This document shows, one piece after another, positions 37,682-45,181 of a DNA stretch of 64,000 nucleotides. This DNA is from Candidatus Merdivicinus faecavium (GTDB lineage Bacteria; Bacillota; Clostridia; Oscillospirales; Ruminococcaceae), in the NCBI GenBank assembly GCA_018716285.1, contig DVKD01000025.1, forward strand, positions 42,000 to 105,999, written 5' to 3'. The notes below the pieces were generated by a model, which had not been told where the DNA came from, did no database searches, and saw only the letters and a program-made list of their open reading frames with translations. Position numbers and translations under genes: made by a program. The stretch's first letter is position 1, and the number at the start of each line of letters is the position of its first letter.

Positions 37682-39238
37682 ATGAAAAAGCTGAAAAGTA
37701 CCCCCGGCGGGATCGACTGGGGCATCACCGTCTTCCCGCTCATCGCCATTGCGGCGCTCGCCGTTTTGCTGCTCGCCTTCCCGGAAAACGCCGGGGCGGT
37801 CATCGGGAGCATGCGGAGCTTCCTCGTTAATGACATCGGCTTCAGCTACATGCTCTTCGGGCTGGCCGTTGTCCTCATTTCGCTGTATATCGCCCTGTCC
37901 AAGTACGGCAACATCAAGCTGGGCGGCGGGGAAAAGCCGAAGCACAGCACCCTGAGCTGGGGGGCCATGATTTTCACTTCGACAATGGCCGCAGATATCC
38001 TCTACTGGGCGCTCATCGAATGGGCCTACTACTATAACGAGCGGCCCTTTGCGGCGGAGAGCCTCACCCTGGCGCAGAAGCAGGACTGGGCCTCGACCTA
38101 CCCGCTCTTCCACTGGGGCCCGACCGCCTGGGGATTTTACATCCTCCCCGCGGCGGCCTACGCTTACCTGCTCCACGTCAAGAAAAACCCCGTCCAGCGG
38201 ATGAGCGAGGCCTGCCGGCCCGTCCTGGGGAAATGGGTGGACCGCTGGCCGGGCAAGTTCGTCGACATCATCGCCATCGTCGGGCTGCTGGCCGGGACGG
38301 CGACGACCTTCTCCCTCGCGACGCCGCTGCTCTCCCAGGCCCTTTCGGAGATCACCGGCCTGCCGCAGAGCAACGTCCTGACCATCGGCATCCTGGTCCT
38401 CATCGCGGCCGTCTTTACGCTGGCGGTTCTGTTCGGCATCAAGGGGATTTCCAAACTCGCGAACATCTGCGTCGTCCTCTTCCTCTGCCTGGTGGCGATC
38501 TTTTTCTTCGGCGGGCCGATGCAGTATATCATTGAAAGCGGCGTCACCGGCCTGGGCGGGGTCGCGCAGAACTTCTTTTCCATGTCCACCTGGATGGACC
38601 CGCTGCGGCTCTCCTCTGCGGATGGGGTGAACGGCTTCCCGCAGACCTGGACCATCTTCTACTGGGCCTACTGGATCTCCTGGTCGGTCGCAACCCCCTT
38701 CTTTATCGCCCAGATCTCAGAGGGGCGCACCATCCGGCAGACCATCCTCGGCTCCTATATCAGCGGCGTTTCGGCGACCTTCTTAGCCTTCATCGTCTTC
38801 GGCAATTACGGACTCTTCCAGCAGGTGACGGGCAAGGTCGATGCGGCCGGGATGCTCGCGGCGGGGGAAGCCCCGGCGACCGCCATCCTGTCGATCTTCG
38901 AAACCCTCCCCATCCCGAAGATCGCGATGGTCGTTTTGATCCTCGCGATGGTCGCCTTCTACGCCTCGACCTTTGACGCGATCACGGTGGTCATCTCCGA
39001 CTACTGCTTAAAAAACCGCACGCCGGAAGGGGAGCCGCCCCGCAAGCTCCGCATCTTCTGGTCGCTCGTCTTCATCATCCTGCCGGTCGCGCTGCTGTTC
39101 AGCGAGAGCACCCTCTCGATGCTTCAGACCCTCGCCATCTGCGCCGCGCTGCCGATCATGATCATCACCGGCATCATCATCGCCGGGTTTATCCGGCAGC
39201 TGAGGCGGCACAAGGAGGAAAATCCGCCCGAAAAATAG
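37682..39238 (+). CDS. BCCT family (betaine/carnitine/choline) transporter
   Basis: WTIFYWAYWISWSVATPFFIAQISEGRTIRQ, the BCCT signature. ATG chosen about 10 nt after an AAAAGGAG RBS. Confidence 0.9.
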   Translation: MKKLKSTPGGIDWGITVFPLIAIAALAVLLLAFPENAGAVIGSMRSFLVNDIGFSYMLFGLAVVLISLYIALSKYGNIKLGGGEKPKHSTLSWGAMIFTSTMAADILYWALIEWAYYYNERPFAAESLTLAQKQDWASTYPLFHWGPTAWGFYILPAAAYAYLLHVKKNPVQRMSEACRPVLGKWVDRWPGKFVDIIAIVGLLAGTATTFSLATPLLSQALSEITGLPQSNVLTIGILVLIAAVFTLAVLFGIKGISKLANICVVLFLCLVAIFFFGGPMQYIIESGVTGLGGVAQNFFSMSTWMDPLRLSSADGVNGFPQTWTIFYWAYWISWSVATPFFIAQISEGRTIRQTILGSYISGVSATFLAFIVFGNYGLFQQVTGKVDAAGMLAAGEAPATAILSIFETLPIPKIAMVVLILAMVAFYASTFDAITVVISDYCLKNRTPEGEPPRKLRIFWSLVFIILPVALLFSESTLSMLQTLAICAALPIMIITGIIIAGFIRQLRRHKEENPPEK

Positions 39239-39293
39239 CCGCCCCGCACCCATTCTCCCCCCGCGGCATATCCTGAACCGAGGGGGGAGGGGG

Positions 39294-39485
39294 ATGAGCA
39301 GGCAGGAGGACCTGATGGCGCTGGCGGCGATTGTCTCGGTCTTATTTGCGCGCGGGAAAAATGCTGAGGAGCTCGCCTTCCTGAGCGACCTGTTCATGCT
39401 GGTCGGCCAGAGTCTCGCGAGCATGGCCGGCGCACAGGGATACGCCGCCTATCTGGCTGAGAAAAAAATATTTGAAAAATCTTGA
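39294..39485 (+). CDS. Hypothetical small protein (63 aa)
   Basis: Strong GGGGGGAGGGGG RBS. Sequence MSRQEDLMALAAIVSVLFARGKNAEELAFLSDLFMLVGQSLASMAG... No family recognised with confidence. Confidence 0.4.
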   Translation: MSRQEDLMALAAIVSVLFARGKNAEELAFLSDLFMLVGQSLASMAGAQGYAAYLAEKKIFEKS

Positions 39486-39493
39486 AAAAAAGC

Positions 39494-39522
39494 TTGCAAT
39501 TTGCGGAAAGCTGTGCTATAAT
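39494..39522 (+). promoter_or_regulatory. Sigma-A-type promoter for tRNA-Pro
   Basis: TTGCAA, 17 nt spacer, TGcTATAAT. Confidence 0.65.
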
Positions 39523-39533
39523 AAACAAGTCGT

Positions 39534-39609
39534 CTGGGTGTGGCGCAGATGGTAGCGCGCTACCTTGGGGTGGTAGAGGCCGCTGGTTCAAATCCAGTCA
39601 CTCAGACCA
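39534..39609 (+). tRNA. tRNA-Pro (anticodon GGG), CCA encoded
   Basis: CTGGGTGTGGCGCAGATGGTAGCGCGCTACCTTGGGGTGGTAGAGGCCGCTGGTTCAAATCCAGTCACTCAGACCA. 7-bp acceptor stem and anticodon loop TTGGGGT. Confidence 0.9.
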
Positions 39610-39821
39610 AGCTGGGCTTGGAGCGGAACACGCTCCGAGTTCTTGTTTTATATAAATGTGAGTGTCCCGCGCTGAAGCGTGCGTCCCTTACGGAGGCGCG
39701 TTCCGGGCAGCTTAGAGCTGCGGCAAATTCGCGCACTCGCATTGCGGGTGCGCTTTGTTTTTTTATTCCTGCGCTGATAGAGGGGAACCCCGTAAGCGCA
39801 TCGTTTTGTGAGGTGTCAAGG

Positions 39822-40118
39822 ATGTCTCAATTGTCGAATTTTCTGGATGCGGATAACAGGCTGGTGCGGTTTCCTGCCAAGCGGAAAATGAAGCTGCAGG
39901 CCCTCTTTTATCTCGCGAGCAAGTTTGAACAGGGCAGGACCTATACGGAAAAAGAGGTGAACGAGCTGCTGAACCGGTGGCACACGTTCGGCGACCCCGC
40001 CACCCTGCGCAGGGAGCTTTATAACCTCAGATTTCTCGACCGGGAGCCTTCCGGCGCGGCGTACTGGCTGGAGCCTGTCCAGCCGGTTTTGGAGGAGCTG
40101 GAGAAAAAATATGAATAA
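39822..40118 (+). CDS. DUF2087 domain protein
   Basis: Track ORF 39540..40118 trimmed, because its 5' part is the tRNA. MSQLSNFLDADNRLVRFPAKRKMKLQALFYLASKFEQGRTYTEKEVNELLNRWHTFGDPATLRRELYN matches DUF2087 from memory. Confidence 0.6.
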   Translation: MSQLSNFLDADNRLVRFPAKRKMKLQALFYLASKFEQGRTYTEKEVNELLNRWHTFGDPATLRRELYNLRFLDREPSGAAYWLEPVQPVLEELEKKYE

Positions 40119-41103
40119 CGAACTTCTGCGCGCCCTGTATGGGCTCGAGGTGACGGCCGCTCAGAAATCCGAGGTGGGCGCCGGGTCGGACACCTACTTT
40201 ATCACCTGCCGGGACGGCCGGTATGTGGTCAAATTTCCCTGTACCAGCGAGATGAACCACCCGGACTTTGAGCCGTCCCTCTGCGAATTTTTGCTGGCAA
40301 AGGGCATCCCCGCCTCGGAGTTTCTCAAAAACCGGAACGGCCAGTACCTTTCCGCCGACGAAAACGGCCGGAAATTCCACGTGCAGAAATTTGTGGAGGG
40401 GAAGGTGTACGGCCTGAATACGGCGCCGGGATGGCTCCTGCGGGAGTCGGCAGCTCTGCTCGGAAAAATCCATTCCGCGCTTTTAGACTATCCCCCTCTG
40501 CCGGAAGGGATCGGTGCGGGTTTCTTTCAATTTATGATGCCGCAGGCGGCTTTGGAGTCCTATCAGAACACGCTTGCCACTGCAAAGGAGTGCGGCCACG
40601 CCGAAATCCAGGAGGATCTGCTGTACCGGATCGCGCTCATGGAGCGATTCCCCGGCTATCAGTTTGACATGAACCGCCTGACGCGCCGCAATACGCACGG
40701 AGACTTCTTTATCAGCCAGCTGATCTGCGGGGACGAGAAAATCAACGCGGTCATCGACTGGACGACGGCCTGCGTCCATCCGGTCGTGTGGGAAATCATC
40801 CGCTCCTACGTCTATGCCTCCCCAAAGTGCAGGGACGGCGAGATCGACATTCCGGAACTGATGGAGTACCTGTCCTGCTACCTGGAATACGCGCCCTTGA
40901 CCGCCGCCGATCTCCGGGCGATGCCAAGGCTGTTCTACTATCAAATCGCGGTCTGCGATTATTATCAGCAGTACTACCAGTCCAAAGCGGACAACCGCGA
41001 GATATACCTGCACCAGGCTGTTTTTTCCACAAAGCTCCTAAGGTGGTTTGAACAAAACGTCGAACTGCTGACAGAGGAGCTGGTATCCCGCTTTGTAAAG
41101 TAG
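40111..41103 (+). CDS. Phosphotransferase of the APH/choline-kinase fold (substrate unknown)
   Basis: TRRNTHGDFFISQLICGDEKINAVIDWTTACVHPVVWEI (catalytic HxD..N and DW motifs). Overlaps the DUF2087 gene by 8 nt. Confidence 0.75.
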   Translation: MNNELLRALYGLEVTAAQKSEVGAGSDTYFITCRDGRYVVKFPCTSEMNHPDFEPSLCEFLLAKGIPASEFLKNRNGQYLSADENGRKFHVQKFVEGKVYGLNTAPGWLLRESAALLGKIHSALLDYPPLPEGIGAGFFQFMMPQAALESYQNTLATAKECGHAEIQEDLLYRIALMERFPGYQFDMNRLTRRNTHGDFFISQLICGDEKINAVIDWTTACVHPVVWEIIRSYVYASPKCRDGEIDIPELMEYLSCYLEYAPLTAADLRAMPRLFYYQIAVCDYYQQYYQSKADNREIYLHQAVFSTKLLRWFEQNVELLTEELVSRFVK

Positions 41104-41209
41104 CGCGTCAATGTCCCGCGCCAAACATGCAATTGCGGGGAACCCTCCCCGAAAACGTTTTGCCTGTCAAAACGTTCGCGGATTTAATGCGGGGTAAGAA
41201 CGCCGCGCC

Positions 41210-41273
41210 GTCATTGTCCCGCGCGGTCACGCGCCCGCGCCGTCAATATCCAGCCCGGTCACGGGCGCCCGCC
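41210..41273. repeat. Four tandem degenerate 16-bp repeats (consensus about GTCAnnGnCCCGCGCC)
   Basis: GTCATTGTCCCGCGCG / GTCACGCGCCCGCGCC / GTCAATATCCAGCCCG / GTCACGGGCGCCCGCC read directly, head to tail. Extra single copies at 41107..41122 (GTCAATGTCCCGCGCC) and 39658..39673 (GTGAGTGTCCCGCGCT). Confidence 0.7.
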
Positions 41274-41371
41274 ACCGGGTGGGAAACGTCTGAACAGATC
41301 CCGTTAGGTCTTAGAAGGGATCTGCCCAGGCGCTTTTTTTCTGTATCTTTTCTGTATCAAGGAGGATTTTT

Positions 41372-42664
41372 ATGAAAAACGAACTGCTTCGCTCGGCTGT
41401 CCGCTATATGTCCCGCAGCGTGCTGGGGATGATCGGGCTGTCCTGCTACATCCTGGCCGACACCTATTTTATTTCGGCCGCGATGGGCGCGGACGGGCTG
41501 GCCGCCCTCAACATCGCGATCCCGGTCTACAGCCTGGTCAACGGAACGGGGCTCATGATCGGGATCGGCGGCGCGACCCGCTGCTCGCTAGAATCCGGGC
41601 GCCCGGAGGAACAAAACGCAGCATTTACCGTTTCTTTCACGACCGGTCTGGGGCTTGGGCTGATTTTTGCCCTGATCGGCGCGTTGGGCGCAGAGGGGCT
41701 TGCCTCCCTGCTGGGTGCGGACGGGACCATCCGCGGGATGGCGGCGACCTACCTGCGGACCATCCTCTGCTTTTCGCCCTTTTTCATCCTCAACAACGTC
41801 GGCATCGCCTTTGGCCGGAACGACGGCGCGCCCGGCCGGGCGATGGCGGCCATGCTGACCGGGAGCTTCTCCAATATTTTTCTCGACTGGCTGTTCATGT
41901 TCCCGTTCGGGCTGGGAATGTTCGGGGCGGCGTTTGCGACTGGGCTCGCCCCGGTGATCGGCATTCTCGTTATGGCGGGGCATTTCCGGAAAAGCCGCCT
42001 GCGGCTCTGCCGCTGCGCCGGATGGGGCCGCCGCGCCGCCGATATGGTGAAGCTCGGCTCCCCATCGCTGGTAATTGAGGCGTCCTCAGCCGTGACGCTC
42101 ATCGTCTTCAACTTCCTCATCCTCGGCATTGCGGGCAACACCGGGATTGCGGCCTACGGGGTCGTCGCAAACCTCGCGCTGGTCGCGACGGCCGTCTTTA
42201 CCGGCATTTCTCAGGGCGTCCAGCCCCTGGTCAGCCAGGCCGGCGGCAGGGGGGAGCGGGCGCAGGCGGCGGCCCTTGCCCGCTGGACGCTGGGGATCTC
42301 GCTGGGTGCGGCGGCGCTGATCTATCTGGCCGTCCTGCCCGGAGCGGGGCTGCTGGCTTCGATCTTCAATGGGGAGGGCGATCCGGTTCTGCAGGAGATC
42401 GCGGTCAGAGGGCTGCGGATCTATTTCACCGGGTTCTTTCCGGCCGGGCTGAATATCGCGGCGGTTTCGCTGCTCGCGGCGGCGGGCAAGGGGCGGCCCT
42501 CCTTCCTTCTTTCCGCCGGCAGGGGGATTGTCCTGCTTGTCCCGGCGGCGCTTTTGCTGTCGCGGATTTTGGGGATGAACGGGATCTGGCTCGCCTTCCC
42601 CTGCGCCGAGCTGCTGACCCTCGCTGCGGCCATCCCCTTCCTGCGGCGGGAGATGCGCGGGTAA
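41372..42664 (+). CDS. MATE family efflux transporter
   Basis: VLGMIGLSCYILADTYFISAAMGADGLAALNIAIPVYSL and 12-TM-like hydrophobicity. AAGGAGGA RBS. Confidence 0.85.
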   Translation: MKNELLRSAVRYMSRSVLGMIGLSCYILADTYFISAAMGADGLAALNIAIPVYSLVNGTGLMIGIGGATRCSLESGRPEEQNAAFTVSFTTGLGLGLIFALIGALGAEGLASLLGADGTIRGMAATYLRTILCFSPFFILNNVGIAFGRNDGAPGRAMAAMLTGSFSNIFLDWLFMFPFGLGMFGAAFATGLAPVIGILVMAGHFRKSRLRLCRCAGWGRRAADMVKLGSPSLVIEASSAVTLIVFNFLILGIAGNTGIAAYGVVANLALVATAVFTGISQGVQPLVSQAGGRGERAQAAALARWTLGISLGAAALIYLAVLPGAGLLASIFNGEGDPVLQEIAVRGLRIYFTGFFPAGLNIAAVSLLAAAGKGRPSFLLSAGRGIVLLVPAALLLSRILGMNGIWLAFPCAELLTLAAAIPFLRREMRG

Positions 42665-42727
42665 AAGGAATACAAAAAAGCGGAGTGCGCACATCTCAGT
42701 GCGTACCCCGCTTTTTTCAGGACTCTT

Positions 42728-43651
42728 TCATTCGGAAGGCTCAACCGTCGCGCCGCCGTTCCAATCGGCGGCAGCCTTTTCGGGAAGGTCGCCGGGCCGG
42801 AAGCCGTTGCCGTAGATCTCGCCGCAGTCCGAAGCGATGATGAAAGCGTGCTCGTCCACCTCGGAGGCGACCGATTTGAGCTTATAATAATCCCGGCTGC
42901 GGATGGCGACGACCAGCACGTTGCTCGGCATACCGCTGTAGGCTCCGCGGCCGTTTAGGATGGTCACGCCGCGGTGGCATTCGAGGATGATCCGCCGCGC
43001 GATTTCCTGCCCCCGCCGGGAGATTAGGAAGACGACCTTGCCGCTGCCCTTGCGGTAGAGGACGGTGTCCGCCACCCGCGTATAGACAAAGATGGTGATG
43101 CCTGCGTAGAGCACCGACTCGATTCGGCCGTAGACAAAGCCGGAGGCGAGCACGACGCAGACGTCGATGGCCATAATGACCTGGCCCATCTGGAAATCAG
43201 GCCGTTTGACCTGGACGAGCTTGGCGATGATGTCGCTGCCGCCCGTTGTGAAATCCCGCATGAAGACGATGCCGAGCCCGGCCCCCATCAGCGCGCCGCC
43301 GATGAGCGCCCCGAGGATCATATCGCCCTCATAGACCGGCAGCTGCGGGAGAAGGACGTCGAGGAAGAAGGTCATGAGCGAGATGGTTACCAGTGTCTTG
43401 AGAGCGAAAATCTTCCCTACGAAAAAGAATGCGAGCAGCAGCAGCGGGAGGTTGAGCGCAAAGGTCAGCACGCCCATAGGGATGCCGAAAAGGGCGTTGA
43501 GCATGGTCGACAGGCCGCTCACGCCGCCGGGCGCGATCTGGTTTGGAGCGGTGAAGCAGAAGACGCCGGCGGTGTACAGGAGCGAACCCACTATGACATG
43601 CAGCGCGTCCAGCGCAAGTTCTTTCCGTTGATTTCTCAGCACAAGAGTCAC
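42728..43651 (-). CDS. YitT family membrane protein (DUF161/DUF2179)
   Basis: VIVGSLLYTAGVFCFTAPNQIAPGGVSGLSTMLNALFGIPMG plus a C-terminal DUF2179-like soluble domain. GTG start; a second GTG 3 codons downstream is possible. Confidence 0.85.
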   Translation of the reverse strand: MTLVLRNQRKELALDALHVIVGSLLYTAGVFCFTAPNQIAPGGVSGLSTMLNALFGIPMGVLTFALNLPLLLLAFFFVGKIFALKTLVTISLMTFFLDVLLPQLPVYEGDMILGALIGGALMGAGLGIVFMRDFTTGGSDIIAKLVQVKRPDFQMGQVIMAIDVCVVLASGFVYGRIESVLYAGITIFVYTRVADTVLYRKGSGKVVFLISRRGQEIARRIILECHRGVTILNGRGAYSGMPSNVLVVAIRSRDYYKLKSVASEVDEHAFIIASDCGEIYGNGFRPGDLPEKAAADWNGGATVEPSE

Positions 43652-43660
43652 CTTTTTTCA

Positions 43661-44872
43661 TTAAATTAGGATTCTCATGAGCGCGGAGGCGTCGTTTACA
43701 AAGGTCCCCATCCGCGCGGCAGTTTCCCGGGCGGACGCTTCGGTGAAAACAGGCACCCCGGCAAAACTGACGGCGCTGTTGTAGAGGAGGAAGGGAACCG
43801 GATCGGCCGAATGGGTCATCGTCGCGAGCGGGGTGGGATGGTCGGGCAGGACCATGACGCGGAACGCGCCCTGCCCCTCCAGCCATCGGAGCACCGGGCC
43901 GAGAATTTTCTCGTCGATCAGCTCGATGGAACGGACCTTGTTTTCCGCCTCGCCGCGGTGGCCGCACTCATCCGGGGCTTCCACATGGAGGTAAACCAGG
44001 TCGTTCCCGCGCCGGAAAGCGTCGATCGCAGCCTGCGCCTTGCCCGCAAAATTGGTGTCGATGTAGCCGGTCGCGCCGTCCACCTCGACGACCTCCATGC
44101 CGGCCAGCACCCCGATCCCCTTGATGAGATCAACCGCCGAGATGACCGCCGCCTGCACCCCAAACCGCTCCGAAAAGTCCTGAAGCGCCGCTTTCCGGCC
44201 CTGTCCCCAAAACCAGGCCGCGTTGGCCGGGCGCTTCCCGGCGGCGATGCGGCGGCGGTTGACAGGGTGGTCCCGCAGAATGGCGCAGCTTTGCTCCATC
44301 CAGTAACGGAGCGGGGCTGCCGCAGGGGAACCCGGCAGGTAATCCCCGATGACCCTGCCGGAGATGTCGTGCGGGGGGGTGAGGTCTCCCAGGTCGGGGG
44401 CGTCGTTGTCCCAGACGAGGCAGTGGCGGTAGCTGACGCCGGGGTAGAGCCGCATCCCGTCCGGGAGATGGGCGTCCAGGCAGCTTATGAGCTCTTTTGC
44501 TTCCGCGGTCGAAATGTCGCCGCCGCAGTAGTCAACCATCCGCCGCTTTGTAAAGTCCGCCTCCTCCGAGAGGGTGACAAGGTTGCAGCGGATGGCATAC
44601 TGGCTGGGGGAGAGGTCGACGCCGATGCTGGCGGCCTCAAGCGGCGAACGGCCGGTGTAGCACTCCGCCGGCTGATAGCCGAGCGCGGAGAGGTTGGCGA
44701 CGTCGCTGCCCGGTTTCATGCCGTCGGGCACAGTCTTGGCCATCCCGAGGATTGCACGGGCGGCGAGGGCATCCATATTGGGCTTATCAGCTGCCTCCAT
44801 CGGGGTCTTCCCGCCCAGCGACGGGACCGGCGTGTCGGCCATACCGTCGCAGAGCAATACCAGATATTTCAT
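43661..44872 (-). CDS. apgM: Cofactor-independent phosphoglycerate mutase, archaeal-type
   Basis: MKYLVLLCDGMADTPVPSLGGKTPMEAADKPNMDALA...GSDVANLSALGY...EAPDECGHRGE, typical of ApgM. Confidence 0.88.
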   Translation of the reverse strand: MKYLVLLCDGMADTPVPSLGGKTPMEAADKPNMDALAARAILGMAKTVPDGMKPGSDVANLSALGYQPAECYTGRSPLEAASIGVDLSPSQYAIRCNLVTLSEEADFTKRRMVDYCGGDISTAEAKELISCLDAHLPDGMRLYPGVSYRHCLVWDNDAPDLGDLTPPHDISGRVIGDYLPGSPAAAPLRYWMEQSCAILRDHPVNRRRIAAGKRPANAAWFWGQGRKAALQDFSERFGVQAAVISAVDLIKGIGVLAGMEVVEVDGATGYIDTNFAGKAQAAIDAFRRGNDLVYLHVEAPDECGHRGEAENKVRSIELIDEKILGPVLRWLEGQGAFRVMVLPDHPTPLATMTHSADPVPFLLYNSAVSFAGVPVFTEASARETAARMGTFVNDASALMRILI

Positions 44873-44901
44873 GAATCCACCTCATTGAAAATCCATACCT
44901 T

Positions 44902-44930
44902 ATTATACCAGACAAAAAAGTGTCCGTCAA
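44902..44930 (-). promoter_or_regulatory. Proximal sigma-A-type promoter for apgM
   Basis: Minus strand: TTGACG, 17 nt spacer, TGgTATAAT. Confidence 0.6.
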
Positions 44931-45055
44931 CAAAAATCAAACCGTTTGAGAAATTCTTTTTGGGAAAGACATTTGTTCTGCCCAGCCGTTCGGTTTTGGA
45001 TAGAATTAAAGAAATTGTGCGTTGTAAAAACACACTTGTATTCAAATATGGTATT

Positions 45056-45084
45056 ATCATAGCACATTCCGGCCTCTTTGTCAA
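45056..45084 (-). promoter_or_regulatory. Second, distal sigma-A-type promoter in the AT-rich spacer
   Basis: Minus strand: TTGACA, 17 nt spacer, TGcTATGAT. It would give a ~180 nt leader or a separate short transcript. Confidence 0.45.
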
Positions 45085-45120
45085 GCGGACACACGGCGCC
45101 ATAAAGTGCTGTGCCGCCAA

Positions 45121-45159
45121 CAAAAAAGGACGCATACCGGATACCGGCGCGTCCTTTTT
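45121..45159 (-). terminator. Intrinsic terminator after the DUF4430 gene (bidirectional shape)
   Basis: AAGGACGC...GCGTCCTT hairpin flanked by an A-run and a T-run. Confidence 0.6.
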
Positions 45160-45181
45160 GGTTTGCTGAATTTTTTGCGGG

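Noticed and set aside
39540-39821. N-terminal 94 codons of track ORF 39540..40118.
   Set aside because: This part overlaps the tRNA-Pro gene and two terminator hairpins. The conserved DUF2087 sequence starts at the ATG at 39822.
41210-41273. CRISPR array.
   Set aside because: The 16-bp units are directly abutting with no spacers. They are degenerate and far shorter than CRISPR repeats. No cas genes occur in the window.
41127-41375. 82-aa ORF in the repeat-containing spacer before the third MATE gene.
   Set aside because: It is an Arg/Pro-rich translation spanning the tandem 16-bp repeats and a terminator-like hairpin, with no RBS. It is most likely non-coding.
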